From: Candidatus Latescibacterota bacterium | GTDB lineage: Bacteria; Latescibacterota; UBA2968; GCA-2709665 | Direction of reading: 5' to 3' | NCBI GenBank assembly: GCA_965248435.1 | Contig: OZ252100.1 | Span: 4,416,001 to 4,480,000, forward strand | Length of the DNA: 64,000 bases | Shown here: one piece after another, positions 18,661 through 28,506 of the stretch | How the letters are laid out: the number at the start of each line of letters is the position of its first letter | Position numbering within the stretch: the stretch's first letter is position 1 | The notes under the pieces: generated by a model | What the model saw: the letters and a program-made list of their open reading frames with translations, nothing else | What the model was told of the DNA's origin: nothing | The model's database searches: none | Program-made: the position numbers and the translations under genes

Positions 18661-18691
18661 TGTAATCTTATATGCGGCAGGGTATTGAAAC

Positions 18692-19114
18692 ATGAAGATT
18701 GGAAACAGACGCCTTTTCGTTATTGGCGATCGCGTATTGATCAAACAGGAAAACTTGGAGGAACGTACCGAAGTCGGACTGTACCTACCCCAGACCGTTA
18801 TTGAGAAGGAGGAAGTTCAGGGTGGCCGGGTTGTACTGACAGGTCCAGGGATTCCGATTCCCGAAAACCACGAAGATGACGAACCCTGGAAAAGTGTGAC
18901 CAAAGAACCCCGATACTTGCCGATGCAGGCTGAAGTAGATGACTATGCCCTTTTTCTGAAGAAGGTGGCGGTGGAGATTAAATTCGAGGGGGAGAAATAT
19001 CTAATCGTACCCCACAGTTCAATCCTGGTCCTAATCCGGGATGAAGAGAATATTTTGGGAGAAATTGAGGGGTTGGAAGACCTGAAAGACCTGGAAGACC
19101 TGGAGGGTATTTAA
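18692..19114 (+). CDS. GroES/Cpn10 family co-chaperonin paralogue
   Basis: IGDRVLIK, EERTEVGLYLP, GRVVLTGPG, EIKFEGEKYLIV; acidic tail. Confidence 0.8.
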   Translation: MKIGNRRLFVIGDRVLIKQENLEERTEVGLYLPQTVIEKEEVQGGRVVLTGPGIPIPENHEDDEPWKSVTKEPRYLPMQAEVDDYALFLKKVAVEIKFEGEKYLIVPHSSILVLIRDEENILGEIEGLEDLKDLEDLEGI

Positions 19115-19176
19115 GTGTGGTCACCCGCTGGTGGGTTCGGTTCTACGACACTGCTTAAAGTTCGAGCCTGCTGAGT

Positions 19177-19398
19177 ATGCCATCATCTCAAAAGCTATTA
19201 GTACAAATCGCATTCAACCTTCTGCTGATCCTTCTGGCCCTCGTCGCCCTGATTTCGGTCTTGAAGGAAATCTTCTCCACCTCGGGGGATTTGGGACAGG
19301 CCCTCTTTCTCCTGATTGTCCTCGGAGTCCTGCTCTTCATCGGCATTGGCTTTCTCGTCAGGCTCGTTCGCAACGCCTTCAACAAAGAAAACTCCTAA
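19177..19398 (+). CDS. Small two-TM membrane protein
   Basis: Two hydrophobic helices; fills the gap between groES-like gene and the convergent FGE gene. Confidence 0.55.
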   Translation: MPSSQKLLVQIAFNLLLILLALVALISVLKEIFSTSGDLGQALFLLIVLGVLLFIGIGFLVRLVRNAFNKENS

Positions 19399-19406
19399 CC
19401 TATCTT

Positions 19407-20456
19407 TTATTCTTCGGCAGACTCCTTTGCGCAGCGAAATCCCAGGTATGGCAGGGCTGTCTCCGGCTTGAGTCCACGGCGTTTGCTCATTTCCGTCAGG
19501 TCGAACATCCACGACCCTCCACGAACCACACGTTTATTTCCTTCCGCCGGTCCCGCCGGATTCCTGGAGGGCGAGACTTTATAGTAGTTTTTGTCATAGT
19601 AATCCAGACACCACTCCGAGACGTTTCCGGCCATTTCGTGCACTCCATAGGGACTCACGTCGGTCTGAAAACTTCCCGGTCCGAGGGCGTGGTTTTTCTT
19701 GGACTCGGAAGTATTGGAAAGTCCGGCCTCAGGTCTGTCTCCCCAGGGGTAGAGCCTACTTTGCCCGCCCCGGGCTGCCTTCTCCCATTCAGCCTCGGAA
19801 GGTAATCGTTTGTTCGCCCAGGTACAGTAGGAATCAGCGTCCTCAAACGTCACGCCTACCACCGGCTGGGCCTCATCGTTAAACCTTGGATCCTCCCAAT
19901 ATTTGGGTTTGGCGCGGTCGGTTTCGTTCAGGAACACTCTGTACTGGGCGTTGGTCACTTCATATTTATCAATCTGGAATTTATCCAGGTGGACTTTGTG
20001 AGCGACCCTTCTTTTGTCACGGCTGTCACCCATGAGGAAGGAACCCGCAGGCACGAGCACGATACCGGGCGTCACATTCGCCTTTGAAACCGCTTCTGTC
20101 TCACCGCGGCCCAGTAGGATCTCTTCTCCGTCAATCGTCTCGATGTTTATCTTGGCGATCTCGATCTGGCTCGGGCCAGTCTGGAGAAAGACAGAAGCGC
20201 TGCTTTCCCATACAAGCTTTCCTTCGATCTCTTTGCCGGATTTTAGAAGGACCTTTACCAGCTGATCCCTTGAAATGCTGTCTATCGAATCGCGTGAAAC
20301 CATTCTGCGACCCGAGGAAGTCTCGATCGTGACCTGGTCCCTGCCCTCATCCAGGATTCGACCTGATACCTTGGAGCCACCCTTAAGGACGATCTCGTCC
20401 GCGATGAGAAGCGCCGGGGCCAATAGAAGCAGTAAAAAAGCAGTTAGCAACCGCAT
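19407..20456 (-). CDS. Secreted FGE-sulfatase (SUMF1) domain protein with duplicated N-terminal beta module
   Basis: Signal peptide; DEIVLKGGSKVSGRI/VLLKSGKEIEGKL repeat; RLPSEAEWEKAARG, MAGNVSEW, LGFRCAK. Confidence 0.85.
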   Translation of the reverse strand: MRLLTAFLLLLLAPALLIADEIVLKGGSKVSGRILDEGRDQVTIETSSGRRMVSRDSIDSISRDQLVKVLLKSGKEIEGKLVWESSASVFLQTGPSQIEIAKINIETIDGEEILLGRGETEAVSKANVTPGIVLVPAGSFLMGDSRDKRRVAHKVHLDKFQIDKYEVTNAQYRVFLNETDRAKPKYWEDPRFNDEAQPVVGVTFEDADSYCTWANKRLPSEAEWEKAARGGQSRLYPWGDRPEAGLSNTSESKKNHALGPGSFQTDVSPYGVHEMAGNVSEWCLDYYDKNYYKVSPSRNPAGPAEGNKRVVRGGSWMFDLTEMSKRRGLKPETALPYLGFRCAKESAEE

Positions 20457-20571
20457 AGGCATTTCCTCGAACTCAGGTTTGGGAATCGTATTGTCCACAG
20501 CTTCCAATTTTTGAAGGTACTGTTTCTTTCTTCGGCAGGCAATTCAAATGTGGATGTTCACAGGAAAAGGG

Positions 20572-20600
20572 TTGACTTTGAATCTGAATGCGCTTACTAT
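20572..20600 (+). promoter_or_regulatory. sigma-70 promoter
   Basis: TTGACT-17 bp-TACTAT. Confidence 0.6.
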
Positions 20601-20684
20601 AGGAATTGAAACAACCCCAAGTATTTTTGTGAGTTAGCGCAAAATCGACACTATTCAAAAATTCGAGATTCGGGGATTTTCACC

Positions 20685-20843
20685 GTGGCTGATTCCAGAC
20701 AAAATTCGCAGAATCCGACCGGCGCTGAGCTGCGAGAGCCCACTTTTCGAGAAAGATTGGAACTGATCCTCTTACTCGTTGTCGAGGTCTTGTGCCTGCT
20801 CCTTTTTATCGATTTCCTGTTTATCGGGTATTATGTCAAGTAG
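20685..20843 (+). CDS. 52-aa single-TM small protein (below ORF-track cutoff)
   Basis: GTG start; MADSRQNSQNPTGAELREPTFRERLELILLLVVEVLCLLLFIDFLFIGYYVK; downstream of promoter. Confidence 0.5.
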   Translation: MADSRQNSQNPTGAELREPTFRERLELILLLVVEVLCLLLFIDFLFIGYYVK

Positions 20844-20939
20844 GTATCGAACGAGGCGACTCATCTTCTGGAATTTTCTGCCGATTGTAAATATTAGGGA
20901 ATCCCGTAGTTTGTATCCGACCTTACAGGAGGTGCCTCA

Positions 20940-21065
20940 ATGGCCTTGGACCTCTCCGTAAAGGAACAGCAGGCTCGCCGACGTGCAGAAAAAATGAAGA
21001 GTCTGTTGGCCTGTCTCCTGCGGTTTCGGATCTCGTCTGCACCCCGGCGCCCACCTTCCGGTTAA
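20940..21065 (+). CDS. 41-aa basic small protein (below ORF-track cutoff)
   Basis: AGGAGG 7 nt before ATG; MALDLSVKEQQARRRAEKMKSLLACLLRFRISSAPRRPPSG; terminator follows immediately. Confidence 0.55.
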   Translation: MALDLSVKEQQARRRAEKMKSLLACLLRFRISSAPRRPPSG

Positions 21066-21067
21066 AC

Positions 21068-21097
21068 AGAAAGGACCGTCCAACGGTCCTTTTCTCT
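21068..21097 (+). terminator. Intrinsic terminator
   Basis: AAAGGACCGT-CCA-ACGGTCCTTTT. Confidence 0.75.
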
Positions 21098-21247
21098 ATC
21101 CTTCCTGATTGCTTCCTGCGGCACTTCCGTTCAGATCCGTTGTCGGCTTCCTTATCGGTCAGGTCACCCGGCATCGAGTTGGATTGTTTAAAACCTGATC
21201 CCAAGGTATGTTGCGTTCGTCGAATGGCACAGTAAGCCTTAACCGGG

Positions 21248-21514
21248 ATGGCTCGTATGGATGCGCTTTTCCTATTGATCGCGCTCGTCGCTGTCCTCGT
21301 GTTCTTGAGCGCGAGACTTTATTCGATACGGCAGGAAGCGCCTGAAGAAGAAGATCCGTCCCAGAAACGGCTGGCGTCGGTAATCGACTCCGACTTGATA
21401 GATGTGCTTTCTGATCGGGCGAAGGAAGAGAGACGGTCTGTGGGAGAGGTCCTGAACGATCTCATTCGGGATTCTCTTCGAGATCGACGAGACTCGGGAT
21501 CGTCTCCTCCTTAA
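21248..21514 (+). CDS. Small protein, N-terminal TM + ribbon-helix-helix-like C-terminus
   Basis: Hydrophobic N-terminus; IDSDLIDVLSDRAKEERRSVGEVLNDLIRDSL resembles CopG/RHH helices. Confidence 0.55.
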   Translation: MARMDALFLLIALVAVLVFLSARLYSIRQEAPEEEDPSQKRLASVIDSDLIDVLSDRAKEERRSVGEVLNDLIRDSLRDRRDSGSSPP

Positions 21515-22011
21515 GCGCGAATGCCCCCATAATCTCGAGAGAGTGGGGGACGACCAGGCCTCCGGAGACGATCAACTGCAGATGGGTATTCCGCCAAAAC
21601 GACCCGCCGGGAGTCCTCTTCTTCTCCTGCGGAAACCAGGGTTTCGGTAAATTGTTTCACGGGACCATAAATGCTTCCGATGATCGGCAGGCGTGATAGC
21701 ATGCTGTTTCCTCTGCCGATGAGCCGTCGACCCAGTACGTTGCTGGCCAACAGCCCGGTCAGCCAGATCACGACCAGCGTGAGCGCGATCCCGAGGCCAG
21801 GGATATCCGTCTCTCTTTGAAATACCTGCTTGATGATGGGCTGGGCAAAGCCGTCGAGCCATTGAAAGACGAGTCTCAGAACGAGGAAGGTGACCACTAC
21901 CGGCACCAGGATGACTACGCCGGGCAGAATCTTGGTGCGAAAAAAGATCTGCATCCGGCTTCGTAGTCTGCTGAAGAACCCCTTCCGTTCCATCTGGCTG
22001 AATTCCCTCAC
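21460..22011 (-). pseudogene. DUF502 family membrane protein with internal deletion/frameshift at ~21580
   Basis: GVVILVPVVVT, IPGLG, RLPIIGSIY, VVLAEYP then jumps in another frame to LQLIVSGGLVVP; the central PNPTSG block is absent. Confidence 0.75.
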
Positions 22012-22137
22012 AACCTTCGGTTTTCGAGCGTGTTCCTGGAAATATAATTCCGCCCCCAGGCCGCGCTGTGATCCTCCTCACACATTTCAGGAGAGAGTTA
22101 AAAAGTATATTGTGTACAGGATGTAATGGCAAGGCCA

Positions 22138-23187
22138 TCAGTTGCGGACCTTCCGCAGTCGAAAGGTCCGGGCCATCAGGTCGACCTGTCTCAGATAGGG
22201 TTCTTTGCGTCTATTGGGAGAGAATACGCCAACGTCCACGAAGAAAAGGCGGTCCAGGTCAACGTCCACGAAGGCGTAGCTCCGGAAGGGGCCACCCTTC
22301 CAGGACACTTCGTTTTCCCATAGCCCGTTCAGCGAAAACGCCAGCTTGCCGGCGAAATCCGTCTGCGTTGTTTCAACCGATCCAGGGGCGATTCGATCTC
22401 CTTCAAAAAACCGACGGGTTACTGCATCCCGCTTTCGGATGCACCAATCTCCCGACAATTGATCGGGGTGCACCCCATCTTCCCAATAGACGAAGAGCCA
22501 TCGACTCGGGTCCTCTTTGGAGAGTAGGACAAAACCGCTGTCAGCGTTCGTGTCCTGGAGTTCGTAGCCAAAGGAAACCCGGACCTGCCACCCGTAGGAG
22601 TAGGCCAGTTGAGCTGTGAGGTCTTTCCGTTCTCCGTAGTGATAGATAAGACGCTTGACGCGCTCATTTCTGAGTCGCTCGACCGCTGAATAAAGGCGGT
22701 CTGCTTCCGTTCGGATACTCTCTACGAGGTCGGGAGGAGTTGCGCCTGTTACAAAGAGGAGGATCTGTTCCCTGGCCCACACGTCTTCTTTCCAGAAGAT
22801 CGCTGCATCGCCGGTCTGAACAGCTTCTTGGACGTCCTGACTGAGGAGGGTGCCTAAGAACTCTGAGGTAGGATGGGTTGCACCCAAAGGGGCTGCAACC
22901 AGGAGGTTCTTTCGCAGTTTGTGCTTCTGGGTCTCGAAATCTTCCAGCTTACCAAGTTGCAGCCTGAAAATCTTCTCTTCCTGTGGTGTCAGCAGGACCT
23001 TCTCGAAGGTTTCTCTGAGGGGTGTCTCAAGGACTTCCCAATCGGCCGGATCGACCAGGACAAGGATCTCCTGGTTCGGGCCGACCGATTCAGGTAGCCG
23101 CTGACAACCGCCTACGATTCCTTGACAACTCGATATAACCAGGAGAGCCAGGATCGGGACAGGCCAAACCCGAGATTCACGATTCAA
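22138..23187 (-). CDS. DUF4837-like lipoprotein
   Basis: Lipobox-like ISSC; EILVLVD, DVWAREQ, GLWEN..KGGPFRSY, FSPNRRKEPYLRQV. Confidence 0.7.
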   Translation of the reverse strand: MNRESRVWPVPILALLVISSCQGIVGGCQRLPESVGPNQEILVLVDPADWEVLETPLRETFEKVLLTPQEEKIFRLQLGKLEDFETQKHKLRKNLLVAAPLGATHPTSEFLGTLLSQDVQEAVQTGDAAIFWKEDVWAREQILLFVTGATPPDLVESIRTEADRLYSAVERLRNERVKRLIYHYGERKDLTAQLAYSYGWQVRVSFGYELQDTNADSGFVLLSKEDPSRWLFVYWEDGVHPDQLSGDWCIRKRDAVTRRFFEGDRIAPGSVETTQTDFAGKLAFSLNGLWENEVSWKGGPFRSYAFVDVDLDRLFFVDVGVFSPNRRKEPYLRQVDLMARTFRLRKVRN

Positions 23188-23196
23188 TGTAAAGCC

Positions 23197-23859
23197 CTAC
23201 TCTTCGAGCGCGTGATGGTAGATCATCGCAGCAAGCGCACTGCCGATGAGCGGACCGACCCAGTAGAGCCAGGTGTTCTCCATGCCGCCCCCCAGCAGGG
23301 CCGGACCCAGGTGTCTGGCAGGATTCATGGCTGCGCCCGTGATCGGTCCTCCGATCAGGATATCCAGGGTCACCGTCAGACCGATGAAGAGTCCGCCCAT
23401 ATTCGGGGCTCGACGGTCCATAGCGGTGCCGAAAACGACGAAGACGAGGAAGAAGGTCAGGATGATTTCCATGAGCAAACCCATCCCGAGCGTGACCCCG
23501 GTGCCCAACTCCGGCGTGCCCATATTGACCAGAAACATCGCACCGCTGGGCATGACCACTTTGACCAAGGCTGCGGCGACGATGCCGCCCAAACATTGGG
23601 CGATGATGTATCCGATTCCGTTGACAGCGTCTATTTTTCCAGTAATCAGGGCTCCGAAGGTGACGGCCGGGTTGATGTGACCTCCACTGATCGCCGCAGT
23701 CGCACTGACCATGACGGCAAGGGTAAGGCCGTGGGCAAGCGCGATGCTGATCAGACCGGGCCCTCCTTCCAGCATGTGATTTGTCGCGATTGCGCCGACA
23801 CCCACAAAGACGAGCGCAAAGGTGCCGATAAATTCCGCAAGCAATGCCTTTCCATTCAT
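23197..23859 (-). CDS. MIP family channel (aquaporin)
   Basis: AEFIGTF, SGGHINPAVT and AMNPAR (two NPA motifs), YWVGP. Confidence 0.95.
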   Translation of the reverse strand: MNGKALLAEFIGTFALVFVGVGAIATNHMLEGGPGLISIALAHGLTLAVMVSATAAISGGHINPAVTFGALITGKIDAVNGIGYIIAQCLGGIVAAALVKVVMPSGAMFLVNMGTPELGTGVTLGMGLLMEIILTFFLVFVVFGTAMDRRAPNMGGLFIGLTVTLDILIGGPITGAAMNPARHLGPALLGGGMENTWLYWVGPLIGSALAAMIYHHALEE

Positions 23860-24053
23860 AGTCAGCCTCCCTGAAGAGAGAAACCACCTCTCAAACGATC
23901 TTCCGAGCGTCGTGCTACGGGCACAATTACACCAAACCTAAGCCAATCTCCGCGAAAAATCAAACGCTCGCTATTCCATCGAGGAGGGGAGTGTGATAGG
24001 GAAGGCGACAGGTGATTTCAATTGGAGGGGCATGGTGCGAGGGCTTGCGACTA

Positions 24054-27000
24054 TCAGCCGAGTTCGAAACGAGAACCGATATGGGGGTGTTTGGTGACCT
24101 GGATATGGACCGGGAAAGCCGTTTTTAGACTCTCGACGTGGGTCACCACGAGGATCTTTTCGAAGTCCTGGCTGATGGTTTGAATGGCCTCTATCAATTT
24201 GCTTAGACCTTCCTGGTCCTGCGTACCGAACCCTTCGTCGATGACGAGGGTACTGAGGCGTGTTCCTGCGCGCCTGGCAAGGAGCTTGGAGAGGGCGATG
24301 CGAACGGCAAAGTCGATCCTGAATGCCTCTCCCCCTGAGTAGAGTTCGTACGGCCGGACGCCCAGTTCGTCGCTGATCTGAATGTCCAGGGTCTCACTGG
24401 TACCGCCTGTTTTCAGGTCCCGAAGCGATTCAAGGGTGATCTGAGCGCCATTGTCGGAAAGACGAGCGAGGATGCGATTGGCCTCATCTTCGATTTCGGG
24501 AATGGCCTGATCGATGATCAGGGCCTGGATGCCGTCTTTGCCGAACGCGGCGGTGAGCCCCTTGTAGATTCGGCACTCTTTGGAGAGATGATTGAGGCGC
24601 TGCTGCTCGTCCCGAACGGATTCTTTCAATGCGAGGCACCGTTCATACTGGACCTGGTGCGTCACCTTTTCTTGCAAACGCAGGTCCCGCTCAACCCGCT
24701 TTTCCTGAATCGCGTCTTCGAGGCAGGGCACCTCCTTCTCAATCGTCTCTCGGGTAGAAATACTCTCCTGCAGCTCGGACATTAGCCGCGATATCGCTTC
24801 GCCGCGCTCGGCGAGTTTCCGGGCTCTGTTTTCCTGATCACACAGTCTGCTCTTGGCGGCTTCGGCCTCTCGCTCCGAGGCGAGCAGACGTTCTCGCCGT
24901 GCTGGGGCGTCCGCGAGGATTTTCAGTTCCCGGGTCACCCTGGCGTGCAGATCGGTGTCGTAGTTCAGGGCGTGGATTTCTTGTTCGACCGTTTTGTATT
25001 CCTTCTGCGCCTCAGGAGCATACGACATCTCATCCAATGCGGCGCGTACCTTAGCTGCCTCTTGCCTCAGACCGGGTAGAATCTGTTTGCCGCTAGTCCT
25101 TCGCTGCTCGGCTTCTAAAAGCACTGCCTGCCTGGCTTCAAAGGCTATAAGCGATTCGATTCTTCCTCTGAGGCACCGATGTGCTTCGGGGTCATAGTCC
25201 AGCGAATCGATCTTCTTCTTTACCTCTTTGACGCAGAGCGCCTGAGGTCCGGAGTCATTGGCTTCGCGAAGAAGGTGCTTCAGCTCCAAGATTTTCGGCT
25301 CCAGAGAGCTCATTTCTTCTACAGCCCTTTGAGCCTGCCGCAGGGCCGTGTCCGCTCGAGCCAATCCGGCCTCTGCGCCCTCGTGTTGGGCGAGTCCGAG
25401 ATCAACCTTTTCTTCATTACGCCTCAGTTCGCCCCGTTTCGCTTCCGCTACACTGACCTCGTGTGCAAGTTGCGCCAGGCCCGTCTTCATCTCATCGAGC
25501 TTGCCGTCGAGTTCGGCTCCGACCTCCGTGCGGTGTTGGTCGTCGAGACTCGATCCGCATAGAGGACACGGCTGGTCTCCGGCTTGCTCGAGGGCGGATC
25601 GTTGGGTCTCCGTCTTCCCGATGGCCCGAGACAGGTCATCCTGCCTTGCCCTGGCGACTTCCATATCGGACTCGAGGACGGTGTTGGCACTCCGGAGGCG
25701 GTCACGTCTTTCTTCCAATCGTCGACGCTCCTCCCGGTGTTGCCGGGCCTCTCTCTCCGCTTTCTCCAATTCTGGGATCTGGTCGGCGAGCTGTTTCAAA
25801 CGATCGTGCTGTCCGATTCGCGTATGAAGTGCAGCCTGCAGTTCGGCGCAAACCACTTCGAGGCGTCGCTCTCGGTCTCGCAGCTGTCTTTCCAGCGACT
25901 CCCGTTCCGCCCGGAGGGCGCTCAATTCTTTCTCTTTGAACCTCGCAGCCTCCAGCTCAGAAAGCCCTGATTGGACCTCCTCGCGGCACCTGAGGGCCTC
26001 ATCTGCCTCCGCGATTCCCCGCTCCGCCGACGATAAACGCAAATCCACTTCCGTGAGCCGACGTTCGAGCGCGTGGCGGCATTCCAGAATCCGCCGCTCC
26101 AGTTCGTTTTGTCGCTTTTCAAGTGCGTGCAGGTTGAAGCGCTTTTGCTGGAGTACCTCTTCCTCGACCCGCAGAGAGGTGTGACGTTCGCAGTCCTTGA
26201 GAATCTTTTCACGATCCTGCAGAACGCCACGACACACAGAAAGTTCTGTCCGGATCGCCTCTGACAGGGCTTCCGCTTCTATTTGATCCGCGTCGAGTCG
26301 GACTTTCTCTTTCTTCGATTCTATCCACTCCGCTTGTCGAAGATCGAGCCGGGCCTTTTCCCTAAGAAGCGTCTTGAGTTTCGCTTCAGAGTCCGCGAGT
26401 GCCGCTTCCAGGATTCGAATGCGTTCTGATGCGGCTTCCACGCCGTTTCGATGGTCCTCCAGGTTCGAAGTGGCCGATTCGATATCGCGTAACCGCAGGC
26501 GGATCGATTCAGCCGCCTGTTCGGCCTGCAAGGAATGCGTGCGGGCCAATCCATTCAGGTCGTCGTAACGCGACAAGGCGAGTATTTCGCCCAGGATGTG
26601 TTTCCGCTCTCGAGCGCTTCTGCGCGTGAATTCATCTGCGTGCCCCTGGATGATGAAGGCGGAGTTGATGAAGGTATCGTAGTTCATCCGCAGGAGGAGG
26701 TTCAGCCGCTGTTGGGTCTTTCGGACCGAGTTTTCCTCCGACAGTGCCTTAAATCTACGGGTCACCGGATCGAAGACCTGGAGATCCAGGCTGGATGCGG
26801 CGCTCCTCTTGCTGCGTCGATATGCCCGAGAGACGCGATAACGTACCCCCTCCAGGTCGAATTCGAAGGCGACCTGCATCTCGGTCGACCCGATGCGCAG
26901 GAGACCTGCATCCGGCTTGCGTTCTGTCCCGGCCTTTCTGGCCTCACTCCAGAGCGCCCAAGTGATTGCGTCCAGGATGGCTGACTTCCCGTGGCCGTTA

Positions 27001-27101
27001 GGGCCCGAGATGCAGGCCACGTGGAAGCCCGTGAAGTCGAGCGGGGGTACGTCTTCGCCGTAGCTCAGGAAGTTTCGAAGGGAAAGGGAGACGGGAATCA
27101 T
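24054..27101 (-). CDS. sbcC: SbcC/Rad50 ATPase
   Basis: LRNFLSY, Walker A GPNGHGKS, zinc hook CPLCG, YSGGE, IDEGFGTQD; TGATG coupling with sbcD. Confidence 0.93.
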   Translation of the reverse strand: MIPVSLSLRNFLSYGEDVPPLDFTGFHVACISGPNGHGKSAILDAITWALWSEARKAGTERKPDAGLLRIGSTEMQVAFEFDLEGVRYRVSRAYRRSKRSAASSLDLQVFDPVTRRFKALSEENSVRKTQQRLNLLLRMNYDTFINSAFIIQGHADEFTRRSARERKHILGEILALSRYDDLNGLARTHSLQAEQAAESIRLRLRDIESATSNLEDHRNGVEAASERIRILEAALADSEAKLKTLLREKARLDLRQAEWIESKKEKVRLDADQIEAEALSEAIRTELSVCRGVLQDREKILKDCERHTSLRVEEEVLQQKRFNLHALEKRQNELERRILECRHALERRLTEVDLRLSSAERGIAEADEALRCREEVQSGLSELEAARFKEKELSALRAERESLERQLRDRERRLEVVCAELQAALHTRIGQHDRLKQLADQIPELEKAEREARQHREERRRLEERRDRLRSANTVLESDMEVARARQDDLSRAIGKTETQRSALEQAGDQPCPLCGSSLDDQHRTEVGAELDGKLDEMKTGLAQLAHEVSVAEAKRGELRRNEEKVDLGLAQHEGAEAGLARADTALRQAQRAVEEMSSLEPKILELKHLLREANDSGPQALCVKEVKKKIDSLDYDPEAHRCLRGRIESLIAFEARQAVLLEAEQRRTSGKQILPGLRQEAAKVRAALDEMSYAPEAQKEYKTVEQEIHALNYDTDLHARVTRELKILADAPARRERLLASEREAEAAKSRLCDQENRARKLAERGEAISRLMSELQESISTRETIEKEVPCLEDAIQEKRVERDLRLQEKVTHQVQYERCLALKESVRDEQQRLNHLSKECRIYKGLTAAFGKDGIQALIIDQAIPEIEDEANRILARLSDNGAQITLESLRDLKTGGTSETLDIQISDELGVRPYELYSGGEAFRIDFAVRIALSKLLARRAGTRLSTLVIDEGFGTQDQEGLSKLIEAIQTISQDFEKILVVTHVESLKTAFPVHIQVTKHPHIGSRFELG

Positions 27102-28366
27102 CAGGACGCCCCCCCTTCGAGTTCGAATTCCAGTTTTGCCGCGCCTGCCTGGAGGTCGTCTTCGAGGCATGCCAGTTCAGGATGGTTCGAAAGGTAGGCG
27201 TGGAGCGCATCTTTGAGGCCGGTGTGCTCCGAGATGCTGGCCCGTGGATTTCGGACGCTTGGCTTCGGCAGAGGTGAGATGCTTGAGAGGAGAAAGGCGT
27301 TCTTAAGGGCTTGTTTTACCGCCTTGACGTCTATGACGACTTCCCGGCTCCCCTGAATTTCGTAGAAGATGCGCACGACGGCGTCGTCCAACGAGTGGCG
27401 CAGGATCTCGTTTGTGATCGCCGTCGTGGGGTCGGCCCCATCTCCGACGTTGACCAAAATGGTCTTGAACCGGCGTGCAGGGGTTTGCAGGAAGCGATAT
27501 TCCACCTCTCGAGATGGCACTGCTTCGGAGGATGCATCCGAGTTGTGGATGGTAACCAGACAGACGCCTTTGGGCTCCTCCTGCTCTCCGAAGTCGATGC
27601 GCTCAATGCTGCCGGGATAGACGACCGAGGGGCGTCCGTTCGGGTTCAAGTCCTGGAATTTGTGAATGTGCCCAAGGGCCACGTAGTCGAACGCCGGGTT
27701 AGCCAGGGTGCCGGTGAGGAAGACGGGATCACGCCCGATGATCGCCGTTTGTTCTGAACCGGAGAAGGCGGCGTCTGCTGCGGCGAGGTGGGCTACGAGG
27801 ATCGCGGGGAACCGGGCGTCTAAACGTCGGACAAATCCTTCGATGATCTCCTCGCCTAGGTGCTGGAGCCTTTCGACGAGCTGTTCAGGAGTGAGGTCTT
27901 GATATTCGGCCTTGGCTGCAAGGCGGCCTCGCTGCAGCCACGGGAGGCATGCCACTTGAACCGACCCCGATCGGGTCTGGATGGTAAAAAGCTCATCCTT
28001 CTTGGTTGCCACGTAGAAATTGGGGATGTTCAGTGTACTGAAGATGTCTAGAGATGAAGCTTTTCCGAAGGCGACAGGGGTGTCGTGGTTACCTGCGACC
28101 AGGACGACCGGGATTCGAGCTTCGCTGAACATTTTGATGAGCCCGGCGAACTCGCGCTGCTGTGTGGGTGTAGGATCGCAGGAACGGTAAGCGTCTCCGG
28201 CGAAGACGACGAGATCCACCTCTTCAGCAATGGCCTCCTCGAAGGCGAACCGAAGACAGTTCACGAAGTCCTGGAGACGGGTATGGAGGCCCGTAGACGG
28301 ATCCAGGCGGCCGTGGTTCTCGACGCCGATGTGGGCGTCCGCGAAGTGAAGGAACTTGATTTCCAT
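27101..28366 (-). CDS. sbcD: SbcD/Mre11 nuclease
   Basis: LHFADAHIG, AGD, AGNHD, YVALGHIH, YPGSIERIDFGE. Confidence 0.93.
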   Translation of the reverse strand: MEIKFLHFADAHIGVENHGRLDPSTGLHTRLQDFVNCLRFAFEEAIAEEVDLVVFAGDAYRSCDPTPTQQREFAGLIKMFSEARIPVVLVAGNHDTPVAFGKASSLDIFSTLNIPNFYVATKKDELFTIQTRSGSVQVACLPWLQRGRLAAKAEYQDLTPEQLVERLQHLGEEIIEGFVRRLDARFPAILVAHLAAADAAFSGSEQTAIIGRDPVFLTGTLANPAFDYVALGHIHKFQDLNPNGRPSVVYPGSIERIDFGEQEEPKGVCLVTIHNSDASSEAVPSREVEYRFLQTPARRFKTILVNVGDGADPTTAITNEILRHSLDDAVVRIFYEIQGSREVVIDVKAVKQALKNAFLLSSISPLPKPSVRNPRASISEHTGLKDALHAYLSNHPELACLEDDLQAGAAKLEFELEGGAS

Positions 28367-28506
28367 GCGGAGAAAAGGAATGAATGGGGAGAAAGCACGA
28401 ATGAAGGAAAAAAGGGGATACAGAGAGAGGAGGATCGAGTGGAATGTAGGCAGAAGGCGGGGAGCGTGTCAAGGGGGCGAAGAAGACCTTCAGGATCCGA
28501 CCATCA

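Noticed and set aside
21225-21240. Sigma-54 promoter-like TGGCAC (also TGGCAT at ~45153 minus)
   Set aside because: GG-to-GC spacing is 8 nt, not the required 10
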